Notes under the pieces: generated by a model | What the model saw: the letters and a program-made list of their open reading frames with translations, nothing else | Told to the model about the DNA's origin: nothing | The model's database searches: none | Made by a program: the position numbers and the translations under genes | Shown here: positions 13,963 through 32,500 of the stretch, one piece after another | Layout: each line of letters opens with the position of its first letter | How positions within the stretch are numbered: position 1 is the first letter of the stretch | Origin: Eledone cirrhosa | Lineage: Eukaryota | NCBI GenBank assembly: GCA_964016885.1 | Contig: OZ024740.1 | Span: 29,140,001-29,204,000 of the forward strand | Direction: 5' to 3' | Length of the DNA: 64,000 nt

Positions 13963-16900
13963 AACACCAACAACACCAACAACACCAACACCAACAACAC
14001 CAACAAAAGCACCAACAACAACAACACCAACAAAACCAACAACACCAACAACACCAACAACAATAACAACAACACCAACAACACCAACACCTACATCCCA
14101 CACAACAACAACTCCACAAACAACACGAACAACACCAACACCAACAACACCAACAACAACAAAAACAACACCATCACCAACATCCCAAACAACAACACCA
14201 ACAACAACACCAACAACAACAACACCAACAACACCAATAACACCAACAACAACACCAACAACACCAACTACACAAACACCAACAACACCAACAACACCAA
14301 CAACACCAACAACACCAACACCAACATCCCTAACAACACCAACAACACTAACAACACCTACACCAACAACAACAATAACACCAACAACACCAACAACAAC
14401 AACAACAACAACACCAACAACACCAACATCCCAAACAACAACAACAACACCAACAACAACACCAATAACACCAACACCAACAACAGCACCAACAACAAAA
14501 CCAACAACACCAACACTAACACCAACAACACCAACACCAACACCAACATCCCAAACAACACCAACAACACTAACAACACCAACACCAACAACAACAACAA
14601 CACCAACAATACCAACAACAACAACAACGACAACAACACCAATAAAACCAACACCAACAACAACACCAACAACAACACCAACAACACCAACAACACCAAC
14701 ACTAACACGAACAACACCAACACCAACACCAACAACACCAACACCAACAACAACAACACCAACACCAACAACACCACCAACACCAACATCAACACCAACA
14801 CAAACAACACCAACAACACTAACACCAACAACACCAACAACACCACCAACAACATAAACACCAACATCACCAACAACAACAACACCAACAACACCATCAA
14901 CACCAAAAACACCAACAACAATAACCCCAACAACACCAACAACACCAACAACACCAACACCAACAACCCAAACATCAACAACACCAACAACACCAACACC
15001 AACAACACCAACAACAACACCAACAACACCAACACCAACAACACCAACACCAACAACACTAATAACAACACCAACACCAACATCAACAACACCAACAACA
15101 ACAACACCAACAACACCAACAACACCAACAACAACACCAACAACACCAACAACACCAACAGCACCAGCAACACCAACCACGACACCAACAACACCAACAC
15201 CAACAACACCAACAACACCAACAACACCAACAACACCAACACCAACATCCAAAACAACAATAACAACACCAACAACAACACCAACAACACCAACACCAAC
15301 AACACCAACAACAGCACCAACAACAACAACACCAGCAACACCAACAACACCAACAACACCAACAACAACAACAACAACACCAACAACACAAACACCAACA
15401 TCCCACACAACAACAACAACACCAACAACAACACCAACAACACCAACACCAACAACACCAACAACAACACCAACAACACCAACAACACCAACAACAACAC
15501 CAACAACACCAACACCAACATCCCAAACAACAACACCAACAACAACACCAACAACAACAACACCAACAACACCAACAACACCAACAACAACACCAATACC
15601 AACAACACAAACAACACCAACAACACCAACAACACCAACAACACCAACACCAACAACACCAACAACAACACCAACAACAACAACACCAACAACGCCAACA
15701 ACACCAACAGCACCAACAACACCAACAACAACACCAACATCACCAACACCAACAAGGCCAACAACACCAACAACACCACACCAACATCCCAAACAACAAC
15801 GACACCAACAACAACACCAACAACACCAACAACACCAACACCAACAACACCAACAAAAGCACCAACAACAACAACACCAACAAAACCAACAACACCAACA
15901 ACACCAACAACAATAACAACAACACCAACAACACCAACACCTACATCCCACACAACAACAACTACACAAACAACACGAACAACACCAACACCAACAACAC
16001 CAACAACAACAAAAACAACACCATCACCAACATCCCAAACAACAACACCAACAACAACACCAACAACAACAACACCAACAACACCAATAACACCAACAAC
16101 AACACCAACAACACCAACTACACAAACACCAACAACACCAACAACACCAACAACACCAACAACACCAACACCAACATCCCTAACAACACCAACAACACTA
16201 ACAACACCTACACCAACAACAACAATAACACCAACAACACCAACAACAACAACAACAACAACACCAACAACACCAACATCCCAAACAACAACAACAACAC
16301 CAACAACAACACCAATAACACCAACACCAACAACAGCACCAACAACAAAACCAACAACACCAACACTAACACCAACAACACCAACACCAACACCAACATC
16401 CCAAACAACACCAACAACACTAACAACACCAACACCAACAACAACAACAACACCAACAATACCAACAACAACAACAACGACAACAACACCAATAAAACCA
16501 ACACCAACAACAACACCAACAACAACACCAACAACACCAACAACACCAACACTAACACGAACAACACCAACACCAACACCAACAACACCAACACCAACAA
16601 CAACAACACCAACACCAACAACACCACCAACACCAACATCAACACCAACACAAACAACACCAACAACACTAACACCAACAACACCAACAACACCACCAAC
16701 AACATAAACACCAACATCACCAACAACAACAACACCAACAACACCATCAACACCAAAAACACCAACAACAATAACCCCAACAACACCAACAACACCAACA
16801 ACACCAACACCAACAACCCAAACATCAACAACACCAACAACACCAACACCAACAACACCAACAACAACACCAACAACACCAACACCAACAACACCAACAC

Positions 16901-18248
16901 CAACAACACTAATAACAACACCAACACCAACATCAACAACACCAACAACAACAACACCAACAACACCAACAACACCAACAACAACACCAACAACACCAAC
17001 AACACCAACAGCACCAGCAACACCAACCACGACACCAACAACACCAACACCAACAACACCAACAACACCAACAACACCAACAACACCAACACCAACATCC
17101 AAAACAACAATAACAACACCAACAACAACACCAACAACACCAACACCAACAACACCAACAACAGCACCAACAACAACAACACCAGCAACACCAACAACAC
17201 CAACAACACCAACAACAACAACAACAACACCAACAACACAAACACCAACATCCCACACAACAACAACAACACCAACAACAACACCAACAACACCAACACC
17301 AACAACACCAACAACAACACCAACAACACCAACAACACCAACAACAACACCAACAACACCAACACCAACATCCCAAACAACAACACCAACAACAACACCA
17401 ACAACAACAACACCAACAACACCAACAACACCAACAACAACACCAACACCAACAACACAAACAACACCAACAACACCAACAACACCAACAACACCAACAC
17501 CAACAACACCAACAACAACACCAACAACAACAACACCAACAACGCCAACAACACCAACAGCACCAACAACACCAACAACAACACCAACATCACCAACACC
17601 AACAAGGCCAACAACACCAACAACACCACACCAACATCCCAAACAACAACGACACCAACAACAACACCAACAACACCAACAACACCAACACCAACAACAC
17701 CAACAAAAGCACCAACAACAACAACACCAACAAAACCAACAACACCAACAACACCAACAACAATAACAACAACACCAACAACACCAACACCTACATCCCA
17801 CACAACAACAACTACACAAACAACACCAACAACACCAACACCAACAACACCAACAACAACAAAAACAACACCATCACCAACATCCCAAACAACAACACCA
17901 ACAACAACACCAACAACAACAACACCAACAACACCAATAACACCAACAACAACACCAACAACACCAACTACACAAACACCAACAACACCAACAACACCAA
18001 CAACACCAACAACACCAACACCAACATCCCAAACAACACCAACAACACTAACAACACCTACACCAACAACAACAACAACACCAACAACACCAACAACAAC
18101 AACAACAACAACACCAACAACACCAACATCCCAAACAACAACAACAACACCAACAACAACACCAATAACACCAACACCAACAACAACACCAACAACAAAA
18201 CCAACAACACCAACACTAACACCAACAACACCAACACCAACACCAACA
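13963..18248. repeat. Higher-order tandem repeat, 1850-bp period, ~2.3 near-identical copies
   Basis: ORFs 15740..15940 and 17590..17790 are identical, and 15083..15610 and 16933..17460 differ by one residue; both pairs are offset by 1850. The ATCCCTAAC marker is at ~14326 and ~16176. Confidence 0.92.
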
Positions 18249-19899
18249 ACACCAACACCAACAACAACAAAACAAACACCAACAACACCACCAACACCAA
18301 CATCAACACCAACACAAACAACACCAACAACACCAACACCAACGACACCAACAACACCACCAACAACAAAAACACCAACATCACCAACAACACCAACAAC
18401 AACACCAACAACACCATCAACACCAAAAACACCACAACAACAACACCAACAACACCAACAACACCAACAACAACACCAACAACACCAACAACACCAACAC
18501 CAATAACCCCAACAACACCAACAACACCAACAACACCAACAACACCAACAACAACAACAACACCAACAACACCAACACCAACATCCCACACAACAACAAC
18601 TACACAAACAACAACACCAACACCAACAACACCGACAACACCAACAACACCAACAACACCATCACCAACATCCCAAACAACAACACCAACAACAACACCA
18701 ACAACAACAACACCAACAACAACAATGACACCAACAACAACACCCACAACACCAACTACACCAACACTAACAACACCAACAACACCAACAACACCAACAA
18801 CACCAACACCAACATCCCAAACAACACCAACAACACTAACAACACCAACACCAACAACAACAACAACACCAACAATACCAACAACAACAACAACGACAAC
18901 AACACCAATAAAACCAACACCAACAACAACACCAACAACAACACCAACAACACCAACAACACCAACACTAACACGAACAACACCAACACCAACACCAACA
19001 ACACCAACACCAACAACAACAACACCAACACCAACAACACCACCAACACCAACATCAACACCAACACAAACAACACCAACAACACTAACACCAACAACAC
19101 CAACAACACCACCAACAACATAAACACCAACATCACCAACAACACCAACAACAACACCAACAACACCATCAACACCAAAAATACCACAACAACAACACCA
19201 ACAACACCAACAACACCAACAACAACACCAACAACACCAACAACACCAACAACACCAACAACAATAACCCCAACAACACCAACAACACCAACAACACCAA
19301 CACCAACAACCCAAACATCAACAACACCAACAACACCAACACCAACAACACCAACAACAACACCAACAACACCAACACCAACAACACCAACACCAACAAC
19401 ACTAATAACAACACCAACATCAACAACACCAACAACAACAACACCAACAACACCAACAACACCAACAGCACCAACAACACCAACCACGACACCAACAACA
19501 CCAACACCAACAACACCAACAACACCAACAACACCAACAACACCAACAACACCAACACCTATATCCAAAACAACAATAACAACACCAACAACAACACCAA
19601 CAACACCAACACCAACAACACCAACAACAGCACCAACAACAACAACACCAGCAACACCAACAACACCAACAAAACCAACAACAACAACAACAACACCAAC
19701 AACACAAACACCAACATCCCACATAACAACAACAACACCAACAACAACACCAACAACACCAACACCAACAACACCAACAACAACACCAACAACACCAACA
19801 ACACCAACAACAACACCAACAACAACAACACCAACAACACCAACACCAACATCCCAAACAACAACACCAACAACAACAACAACAACACCAACAACACCA

Positions 19900-22800
19900 A
19901 CAACAACACCAACAACACCAACTACACCAACACCAACAACACCAACAACACCAATAACACCAACAACACCAACAACATCCCAAACGTCAACAACAACACC
20001 AACAACAACACCAACAACCCCAAGACCAACAACAACACCAACAACAACACCAACAACACCAACACCAACAACACCAACGCCAACAACAACAACAACACCA
20101 ACACCTACACCAAGAACACCAACAACACCAACAACAACACCAACAACACCAACAACACCAAAAACACCAACAACACCAACACCAACACCAACAACACCAA
20201 CACCAACAACACCACCAACACCAACAACACCAACGACACCAAGACCATCGACACCAACAACAACACCAACAACAAAAACACCAACAACACCAACAACACC
20301 AACAACAACACCAACAACACCAACAACACCACCAACAACAACACCAGCAACACCAACAACACTAACAACAACACAAACAACACCTACAACACCAACAACA
20401 CCAACAACACCAACACCATAACCCCAACAACACCAACAACACAACAACACCAACACCAACATCCCAAACAACAACAACACCAACAACACCAACACCAACA
20501 ACAACAACACCAACAACACCAACAACAACAACACCAGCAACACCAACAACACCAACACCAACAACACCAACAACACAAACAATAACACCAACACGAACAA
20601 CACCAACAACGCCAACAACACCAACCACACCAACAACACCAACAACACCATCACCAACACCAACAGCTCCAACAACACCAACAACAACACCAACACCAAC
20701 AACACCAACAACACCAACACCAACAACACCAACAGCAGCAAAAACAACAACAACACAAACAACACCAAAACCAACAACACCAACAACACCAACAACAACA
20801 CCAACACCAACAACACCAACAACACCAACACCAACAACAACAACAACAACAACAACCAACAACACCAACAACACCAACAACACCAACAACAACACCAGCA
20901 ACACCAACAACACCAACAACACCAACAACACCAACAACACCAACAACAACACCAACAACACCAACAACACCAACAACACCAACAACACCAACAACAACAG
21001 CAACAACAACAAAACCAACAACACCAACAACACCAACACCAACAACCCCAACAACACCAACAACACCAACAACACCAACACTAACAACACCAACAACACC
21101 AACACCAACATCCCAAACAACAACAACAACACCAACAACAACACCAACAACACCAACACCAAAAACACCAACAACAATACCAGCACAAACAACAACAGCA
21201 GCAACAACAACACCAACAACACCAACAAGAACAACAACACCAACAACACCAACTCCAGCAACACCAACAACAACACTATCACAAACAACAACAACAACAA
21301 CAACAACACCAACAGAACCAACAACACCAACAACAACAACAACAACAACACCAACAACACCAACAGAACCAACAACACCAAAAACAACACCAACAACACC
21401 AACACCAACAACACCAACAACACCAACAACACCAACACCAACATCCCAAACAACAACAACACCAACAACAACACGATTCCAACACCAACAACACCAACAA
21501 CAACACCAACAAGAACAACACCAACAACACCAACAACACCAACAACAACACCAACACCAACACCAACAACACCAACAACAACACCAACAACAACAACAAC
21601 ACCAACAACACCAACAACACCAACAACACCAACAACAACACCAACACCAACAACAACACCAACACCAACAACACCAACAACACAAACACCAACAACACCA
21701 ACAACAACACCAACAACACCAACAACACCAACAACACCAACAACAACACCAACAACAACACCAACAACACCAACAACACCAACAACACCAACACCAACAA
21801 CAACAACAACACCAACACCAACAACACCAACACCAACAACAACAACAACACCAACACCAACAACACCAACAACACAAACACTAACAACACCATCAACAAC
21901 ACCAACAACACCAACACCAACAACACCAACAACACCAACACCAACAGCACCAACAACAACAGCAACAACACCAACACCAACAACAACAACAACACCAACA
22001 ACAACAACACCAACAACAACACCAACAACACCAAAAACACCAACACCAACAACACCAACAACACCAACAACAGCAACATCTCAAACAACAACACCAACAA
22101 CAACACCAACAACAACAACTCCAACAACACCAAGAACACCAACAACCCCATCGACAGCACCAACTACACCAACACCAACAACACCAACCACAACACCAAC
22201 AACACCAACGACAACACCAACAACACCAACACCAACAACACCAACAACACCAACACCAACATCCAAAACAACAATAACAACACCAGCAACAACCACAACA
22301 ACACCAACACCAACAACACCAACAACAGCACCAACAACAACAAAACCAGCAACACCAACAACACCAACAACACCAACAACAACAACAACAACACCAACAA
22401 CACAAACACCAACATCCCACACAACAACAACAACACCAACAACAACACCAACAACACGAACACCAACAACACCAACAACAACACCAACAACACCAACAAT
22501 ACCAACAACACCAACAACAACACCAACAACAACAACACCAACAACACCAACATCCCAAACAACAACACCAACAACAACAACAACAACACCAGCAACAGCA
22601 ACAACAACACCAACAACACCAACTACACCAACACCAACAACACCAACAACACCAATAACACCAACAACACCAACAACATCCCAAACATCAACAACAACAC
22701 CAACAACAACACAAACAACCCCAACACCAACAACAACACCAACAACAACACCAACAACACCAACAGCAACAACACCAACGCCAACAACAACAACAACACC

Positions 22801-23380
22801 AACACCTACACCAAGAACCCCAACAACACCAACAACAACACCAACAACACCAACAACACCAACAACACCAACACCAACACCAACAACACCAACACCTACA
22901 ACACCAGCAACACCAACAACAACATCAACACCAACAACACCAACGACACCAACACCATCGACACCAACAACAACACCAACAACAAAAACACCATCTACAC
23001 CAACAACACCAACAACAACACCAACAACACCAACAACACCACCAACAACAACACCAACAACACCAACAACACAAACAACAACAACACCAACAACACCAAC
23101 AACAACACAAACAACACCTACAACACCAACAACACCAACAACACCAACACCATAACCCCAACAACACCAACAACACAACAACACCAACACCAACATCCCA
23201 AACAACAACAACACCAACAGCACCAACAACACCAACAACAACACCAACACCAACAACACCAACAACACCAACACCAACAACACCAACAGCAACAACAACA
23301 ACACAAACAACACCAACACCAACAACACCAACAACACCAACAACAACACCAACACCAACAACACCAACAACACCAACACC

Positions 23381-23415
<35 letters not shown>

Positions 23416-26400
23416 CCAACAACACCAACAACACCAACAACACCAACAACAACACCAGCAACACCAACAACACCAACAACACCAACAACACCAACAACAC
23501 CAACAACAACACCAGCAACACCAACAACACCAACAACACGAACAACACCAACAACAACAGCAACAACAACAAAACCAACAACACCAACAACACCAACACC
23601 AACAACCCCAACGACACCAACAACACCAACAACACCAACACCATAACCCCAACAACACCAACAACACAACAACACCAACATCCCAAACAACAACAACACC
23701 AACAACACCAACACCAACAACAACAACACCAGCAACACCAACAACAACAACACCAGCAACACCAACAACACCAACACCAACAACACCAACAACACAAACA
23801 ATAACACCAACACGAACAACACCAACAACGCCAACAACACCAACCACACCAACAACACCAACAACACCATCACCAACACCAACAGCTCCAACAACACCAA
23901 CAACAACACCAACACCAACAACACCAACAACACCAACACCAACAACACCAACAGCAGCAACAACAACAACAACACAAACAACACCAAAACCAACAACACC
24001 AACAACACCAACAACACCAACAACACCAACAACACCAACAACACCAACAACAACACCAACAACACCAACAACACCAACAACACCAACAACACCAACAACA
24101 ACAGCAACAACAACAAAACCAACAACACCAACAACACCAACACCAACAACCCCAACAACACCAACAACACCAACAACACCAACAGTAACAACACCAACAA
24201 CACCAACACCAACATCCCAAACAACAACAACAACACCAACACCAACACCAACAACACCAACAACACCAACACCAACAACACCGACAACAACAGCAACAAC
24301 ACCAACACCAACAACAACAACAACACCAACACCAACAACACCAACAACACAAACACCAACAACACCAACAACAACACCAACAACACCAACACCAACAACA
24401 CCATCAACAACACCAACAACACCAACAACACCAACAACAACACCAACAACAACAACACCAACAACAACACCAACAACACCAAAAACACCAACACCAACAA
24501 CACCAACAACACCAACAACAGCAACATCTCAAACAACAACACCAACAACAACACCAACAACAACACCAACAACACCAAGAACACCAACAACCCCATCGAC
24601 AGCACCAACTACACCAACACCAACAACACCAACCACAACACCAACAACACCAACGACAACACCAACAACACCAACACAAACAACACCAACAACACCAACA
24701 CTAACATCCAAAACAACAATAACAACACCAACAACAACCACAACAACACCAACAACACCAACAACAGCACCAACAACAACAAAACCAGCAACACCAACAA
24801 CACCAACAACACCAACAACAACAACAACAACACCAACAACACAAACACCAACATCCCACACAACAACAACAACACCAACAACAACACCAACAACACCAAC
24901 ACCAACAACACCAACAACAACACCAACAACACCAACAACACCAACAACACCAACAACAACACCAACAACACCAACACCAACATCCCAAACAACAACACCA
25001 ACAACAACAACAACAACAACACCAGCAACACCAACAACAACACCAACAACACCAACTACACCAACACCAACAACACCAACAACACCAATAACACCAACAA
25101 CACCAACAACATCCCAAACATCAACAACAACACCAACAACAACACCAACAACCCCAACACCAACAACAAAACCAACAACAACACCAACAACACCAACAGC
25201 AACAACACAAACGCCAACAACAACAACAACACCAACACCTATACCAAGAACCCCAACAACACCAACAACAACACCAACAACACCAACAACACCAACAACA
25301 CCAACAACACCAACACCAACACCAACAACACCAACACCTACAACACCACCAACACCAACAACAACACCAACACCAACAACACCAACGACACCAACACCAT
25401 CGACACCAACAACAACACCAACAACAAAAACACCATCAACACCAACAACACCAACAACAACACCAACAACACCAACAACACCACCAACAACAATACCAAC
25501 AACACCAACAACACAAACAACAACAACACCAACAACACCAACAACAACACAAACAACACCTACAACACCAACAACACCAACAACACCAACACCATAACCC
25601 CAACAACACCAACAACACAACAACACCAACACCAACATCCCAAAAAAAAACAACACCAACAGCACCAACAACACCAACAACAACACCAACACCAACAACA
25701 CCAACAACACCAACACCAACAACACCAACAGCAACAACAACAACAACACAAACAACACCAACACCAACAACACCAACAACACCAACAACAACACCAACAC
25801 CAACAACACCAACAACACCAACACCAACAACAACAACAACAACAACAACAACCAACAACACCAACACCAACAACCCCAACAACACCAACAACACCAACAA
25901 CACCAACACCATAACCCCAACAACACCAACAACACAACAACACCAACATCCCAAACAACAACAACACCAACAACACCAACACCAACAACAACAACACCAA
26001 CAACACCAACAACAACAACACCAGCAACACCAACAACACCAACACCAACAACACCAACAACACAAACAATAACACCTACACGAACAACACCAACAACGCC
26101 AACAACACCAACCACACCAACAACACCAACAACACCAACAGCAACACCAACAGCTCCAACAACACCAACAACAACACCAACACCAACAACACCAACAACA
26201 CCAACACCAACAACACCAACAGCAGCAACAACAACAACAACACAAACAACACCAAAACCAACAACACCAACAACACCAACAACAACACCAACACCAACAA
26301 CACCAACAACACCAACACCAACAACAACAACAACAACAACAACAACCTACAACACCAACAACACCAACAACACCAACAACAACACCAGCAACACCAACAA

Positions 26401-26772
26401 CACCAACAACACCAACAACACCAACAACACCAACAACAACACCAACAACACCAACAACACCAACAACGCCAACAACACCAACAACAACAGCAACAACAAC
26501 AAAACCAACAACACCAACAACACCAACACCAACAACCCCAACAACACCAACAACACCAACAACACCAACACTAACAACACCAACAACACCAACACCAACA
26601 TCCCAAACAACAACAACAACACCAACAACAACACCAACAACACCAACACCAACAACACCAACAACAATACCAGCACAAACTACAACACCAACAACAACAA
26701 CACCAACAACACCAACAAGAACAACAACACCAACAACACCAACACCAGCAACACCAACAACAACACTATCAC

Positions 26773-26810
<38 letters not shown>

Positions 26811-29506
26811 GAACCAACAACACCAACAACAACAACAACAACAACACCAACAACACCAACAGCACCAACAACACCAAAAACAACACCGACAACACCAACA
26901 CCAACAACACCAACAACACCAACAACACCAACACTAACATCCCAAACAACAACAACACCAACAACAACACAATTCCAACACCAACAACACCAACAACAAC
27001 ACCAACAAGAACAACACCAACAACACCAACAACACCAACAACACCAACAACACCAACAACAACACCAACACCAACACCAACAACACCAACAACAACACCA
27101 ACAACAACAACAACACCAACAACACCAACAACACCAACAACACCAACAACAACACCAACACCAACAACAACACCAACACCAACAACACCAACAACACAAA
27201 CACCAACAACACCAACAACAACACCAACAACACCAACAACACCAACAACACCAACAACAACACCAACAACAACACCAACAACACCAACAACACCAACACA
27301 AACAACACCAACAACACCAACACCAACAACACCAACAACAACAGCAACAACACCAACACCAACAACAACAACAACACCAACACCAACAACACCAACAACA
27401 CAAACACCAACAACACAAACACCAACAACATCAACAACAACACCAACAACACCAACACCAACAACACCATCAACAACACCAACAACACCAACAACACCAA
27501 CAACAACACCAACAACAACAACACCAACACCAACACCAACAACACCAAAAACACCAACACCAACAACACCAACAACACCAACAACAGCAACATCTCAAAC
27601 AACAACACCAACAACAACACCAACAACAACAACACCAACAACACCAACAACACCAACAACCCCATCAACAGCACCAACTACACCAACACCAACAACACCA
27701 ACCACAACACCAACAACACCAACGACAACACCAACAACACCAACACCAACAACACCAACAACACCAACACCAACATCCAAAACAACAATAACAACACCAA
27801 CAAAAACACCAACAACACCAACACCAACAACACCAACAACAGCACCAACAACAACAAAACCAGCAACACCAACAACACCAACAACACCAACAACAACAAC
27901 ACCAACAACACAAACACCAACATCCCACAGAACAACAACAACACCAACAACAACACCAACAACACCAACACCAACAACACCAACAACAACACCAACAACA
28001 CCAACAACACCAACAACACCAACAACAACACCAACAACAACAACACCAACAACAACAACAACACCAACAACACCAACAACAACACCAACAACACCAACTA
28101 CACCAACACCAACAACACCAACAACACCAATAACACCAACAACACCAACAACATCCCAAACATCAACAACAACACCAACAACAACACCAACAACCCCAAC
28201 ACCAACAACAACACCAACAACAACACCAACAACACCAACAGCAACAACACCAACGCCAACAACAACAACAACACCAACACCTACACCAAGAACCCCAACA
28301 ACACCAACAACAACACCAACAACACCAACAACACCAACAACACCAACAACACCAACAACACCAACACCAACACCAACAACACCAACACCTACAACACCAC
28401 CAACACCAACAACAACACCAACACCAACAACACTAACGACACCAACACCATCGACACCAACAACAACACCAACAACAAAAACACCAACAACACCAACAAC
28501 ACCAACAACAACACCAACAACACCAACAACACCACCAACAACAACACCAACAACACCAACAACACAAACAACAACAACACCAACAACACCAACAACAACA
28601 CAAACAACACCTACAACACCAACAACACCAACAACACCAACACCATAACCCCAACAACACCAACAACACAACAACACCAACACCAACATCCCAAACAACA
28701 ACAACACCAACAACACCAACACCAACAACAACAACACCAACAAAACCAACAACAACAACACCAGCAACACCAACAACACCAACACCAACAACACCAACAA
28801 CACAAACAATAACACCAACACGAACAACAACAACAACGCCAACAACACCAACCACACCAACAACACCAACAACACCATCACCAACACCAACAGCACCAAC
28901 AACACCAACAACAACACCAACACCAACAACACCATCAACACCAACACCAACAACACCAACAGCAACAACAACAACAACACAAACAACACCAACACCAACA
29001 ACACCAACGACACCAACAACAACACCAACACCAACAACACCAACAACACCAACACCAACAACAACAACAACAACAACAACCAACAACACCAACAACACCA
29101 ACAACACCAACAACAACACCAGCAACACCAACAACACCAACAACACCAACAACACCAACAACACCAACAACAACACCAACAACACCAACAACACCAACAA
29201 CACCAACAACACCAACAACAAGAGCAACAACAACAAAACCAACAACACCAACAACACCAACACCAACAACCCCAACAACACCAACAACACCAACAACACC
29301 AACACTAACAACACCAACAACACCAACACCAACATCCCAAACAACAACAACAACACCAACAACAACACCAACATCACCAACACCAACAACACCAACAACA
29401 ATAACAGCACAAACAACAACACCAACAACAACAACACCAACAACACCAACAAGAACAACAACACCAACAACACCAACACCAGCAACACCAACAACAACAC
29501 TATCAC

Positions 29507-29538
<32 letters not shown>

Positions 29539-32500
29539 CCAACAGAACCAACAACACCAACAACAACAACAACAACAACACCAACAACACCAACAGCACC
29601 AACAACACCAAAACAACACCAACAACACCAACACCAACAACACTAACAACACCAACAACACCAACACCAACATCCCAAACAACAACAACACCAACAACAA
29701 CACAATTCCAACACCAACAACACCAACAACAACACCAACAAGAACAACACCAACAACACCAACAACACCAACAACACCAACAACACCAACAACAACACCA
29801 ACACCAACACCAACAACACCAACAACAACACGAACAACAACAACAACACCAACAACACCAACAACACCAACAACAACACCAACACCAACAACAACACCAA
29901 CACCAACAACACCAACAACACAAACACCAACAACACCAACAACAACACCAACAACACCAACAACACCAACAACACCAACAACAACACCAACAACAAAACC
30001 AACAACACCAACAACACCAACACCAACAACACCAACAACACCAACACCAACAACACCAACAACAACACCAACAACACCAACACCAACAACAACAACAACA
30101 CCAACACCAACAACACCAACAACAACACCAACAACACCAACACCAACAACACCATCAACAACACCAACAACACCAACAACACCAACAACAACACCAACAA
30201 CAACAACACCAACAACACCAAAAACACCAACACCAACACCAACAACACCAACAACACCAACAACACCAACACCAACATCTCAAACAACAACACCAACACC
30301 AACATCTCAAACAACAACACCAACAACAACACCAAAACAACAACACCAACAACACCAAGAACACCAACAACCCCACCAACAGCACCAACTACACCAACAC
30401 CAACAACACCAACCACAACACCAACAACACCAACGACAACACCAACAACACCAACACCAACAACACCAACAACAGCACCAACAACAACAAAACCAGCAAC
30501 ACCAACGACACCAACAACACCAACAACAACAACAACAACACCAGCAACACAAACACCAACATCCCACACAACAACAACGACACCAACAACAACACCAACA
30601 ACACCAACACCAACAACACCAACAACAACACCAACAACAACAAGACCAACAACACCAACACCAACATCCCAAACAACAACACCAACAACAGCACCAACAA
30701 CAACAACAATAACAACAGCAACAACACCAACAACAACACCAACAACACCAACTACACCAACAACAACAACACCAACAACGCCAATAACACCAACAAGACC
30801 AACAACAACATCCCAATCACCAACAACAGCACCAACCACAACACCAACAACCCCAACACCAACAACAACACCAACAACAACACCTACAACACCAACACCA
30901 ACAACACCAACACCAACAACAACAACAACACCAACAACACCAACAACACCAAAACCTACACCAACAACACCAACAACACCAACAACAACACCAACAACAC
31001 CAACAACACCAACAACACCAACAACACCAACAACACCAACACCAACACCAACAACACCAACACCAACAACACCACCAACAACAACACCAACACCAACAAC
31101 ACCAACAACACCAACACCATCAACACCAACAACAACACCAACAACAAAAACACCAACAACACCAACAACACCAACAACAACACCAACAACACCAACAACA
31201 CCAACAACACCACCAACAACAACACCAAAAACAACAACACCAACAACAACACCAACAACACAAACAACACAAACAACACCAACACAAAATCCCCAACAAC
31301 ACCAACAACACAACAACACCAACACCAACATCCCAAACAGCAACAACACCAACAACACCAACACCAACAACAACAACACCAACAACACCAACAACAACAA
31401 CACCAACAACACCAACAACACCAACAACACCAACAACACAAACAATAACACCAACACGAACAACACCAACAACGCCAACAACACCAACCACACCAACAAC
31501 ACCAACAACACCAACAACACCAACACCAACATCTCAAACAATAACACCAACAACAACACCAACAACAACAACACCAACAACCCCACCAACAGCACCAACT
31601 ACACCAACACCAACAACACCAACCACAACACCAACAACACCAACAACACCAACACCAAGAACACCAACAACACCAACACCAACATCCAAAACAACAATAA
31701 CAACACCAACAAAAACACCAACAACACCAACACCAACAACACCAACAACAGCACCAACAACAACAAAACCAGCAACACCAACAACACCAACAACACCAAC
31801 AACAACAACAACAACAACACCAACAACACAAACACCAACATCCCACACAACAACAACAACACCAACAACAACACCAACAACACCAACACCAACAACAACA
31901 CCAACAACACCAACAACACAAACACCAACAACACCAACAACAACACCAACAACACCAACAACACCAACAACACCAACAACAACACCAACAACAACACCAA
32001 CAACACCAACAACACCAACACCAACAACACCAACAACACCATCACCAACAACACCAACAACAACACCAACAACACCAACACCAACAACAACAACAACACC
32101 AACACCAACAACACCAACAACACAAACACCAACAACACCAACAACAACACCAACAACACCAACACCAACAACACCATCAACAACACCAACAACACCAACA
32201 ACACCAACAACACCAACAACAACACCAACAACAACAACACCAACAACAACATCAACAACACCAAAAACACCAACACCAACAACACCAACAACACCAACAA
32301 CAGCAACATCTCAAACAACAACACCAACAACAACACCAACAACAACAACACCAACAACACCAAGAACACCAACAACCCCATCGACAGCACCAACTACACC
32401 AACACCAACAACACCAACCACAACACCAACAATACCAACGACAACACCAACAACACCAACACCAACAACACCAACAACACCAACACCAACATCCAAAACA

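Noticed and set aside
18725-19123. Mucin-like Thr/Pro ORF, and the TTP register generally
   Set aside because: This register has recurrent stops (ACA-TAA, ACA-TGA) and inherited frameshifts. No signal peptide, cysteine-rich or VWD domain, or exon boundary is visible.
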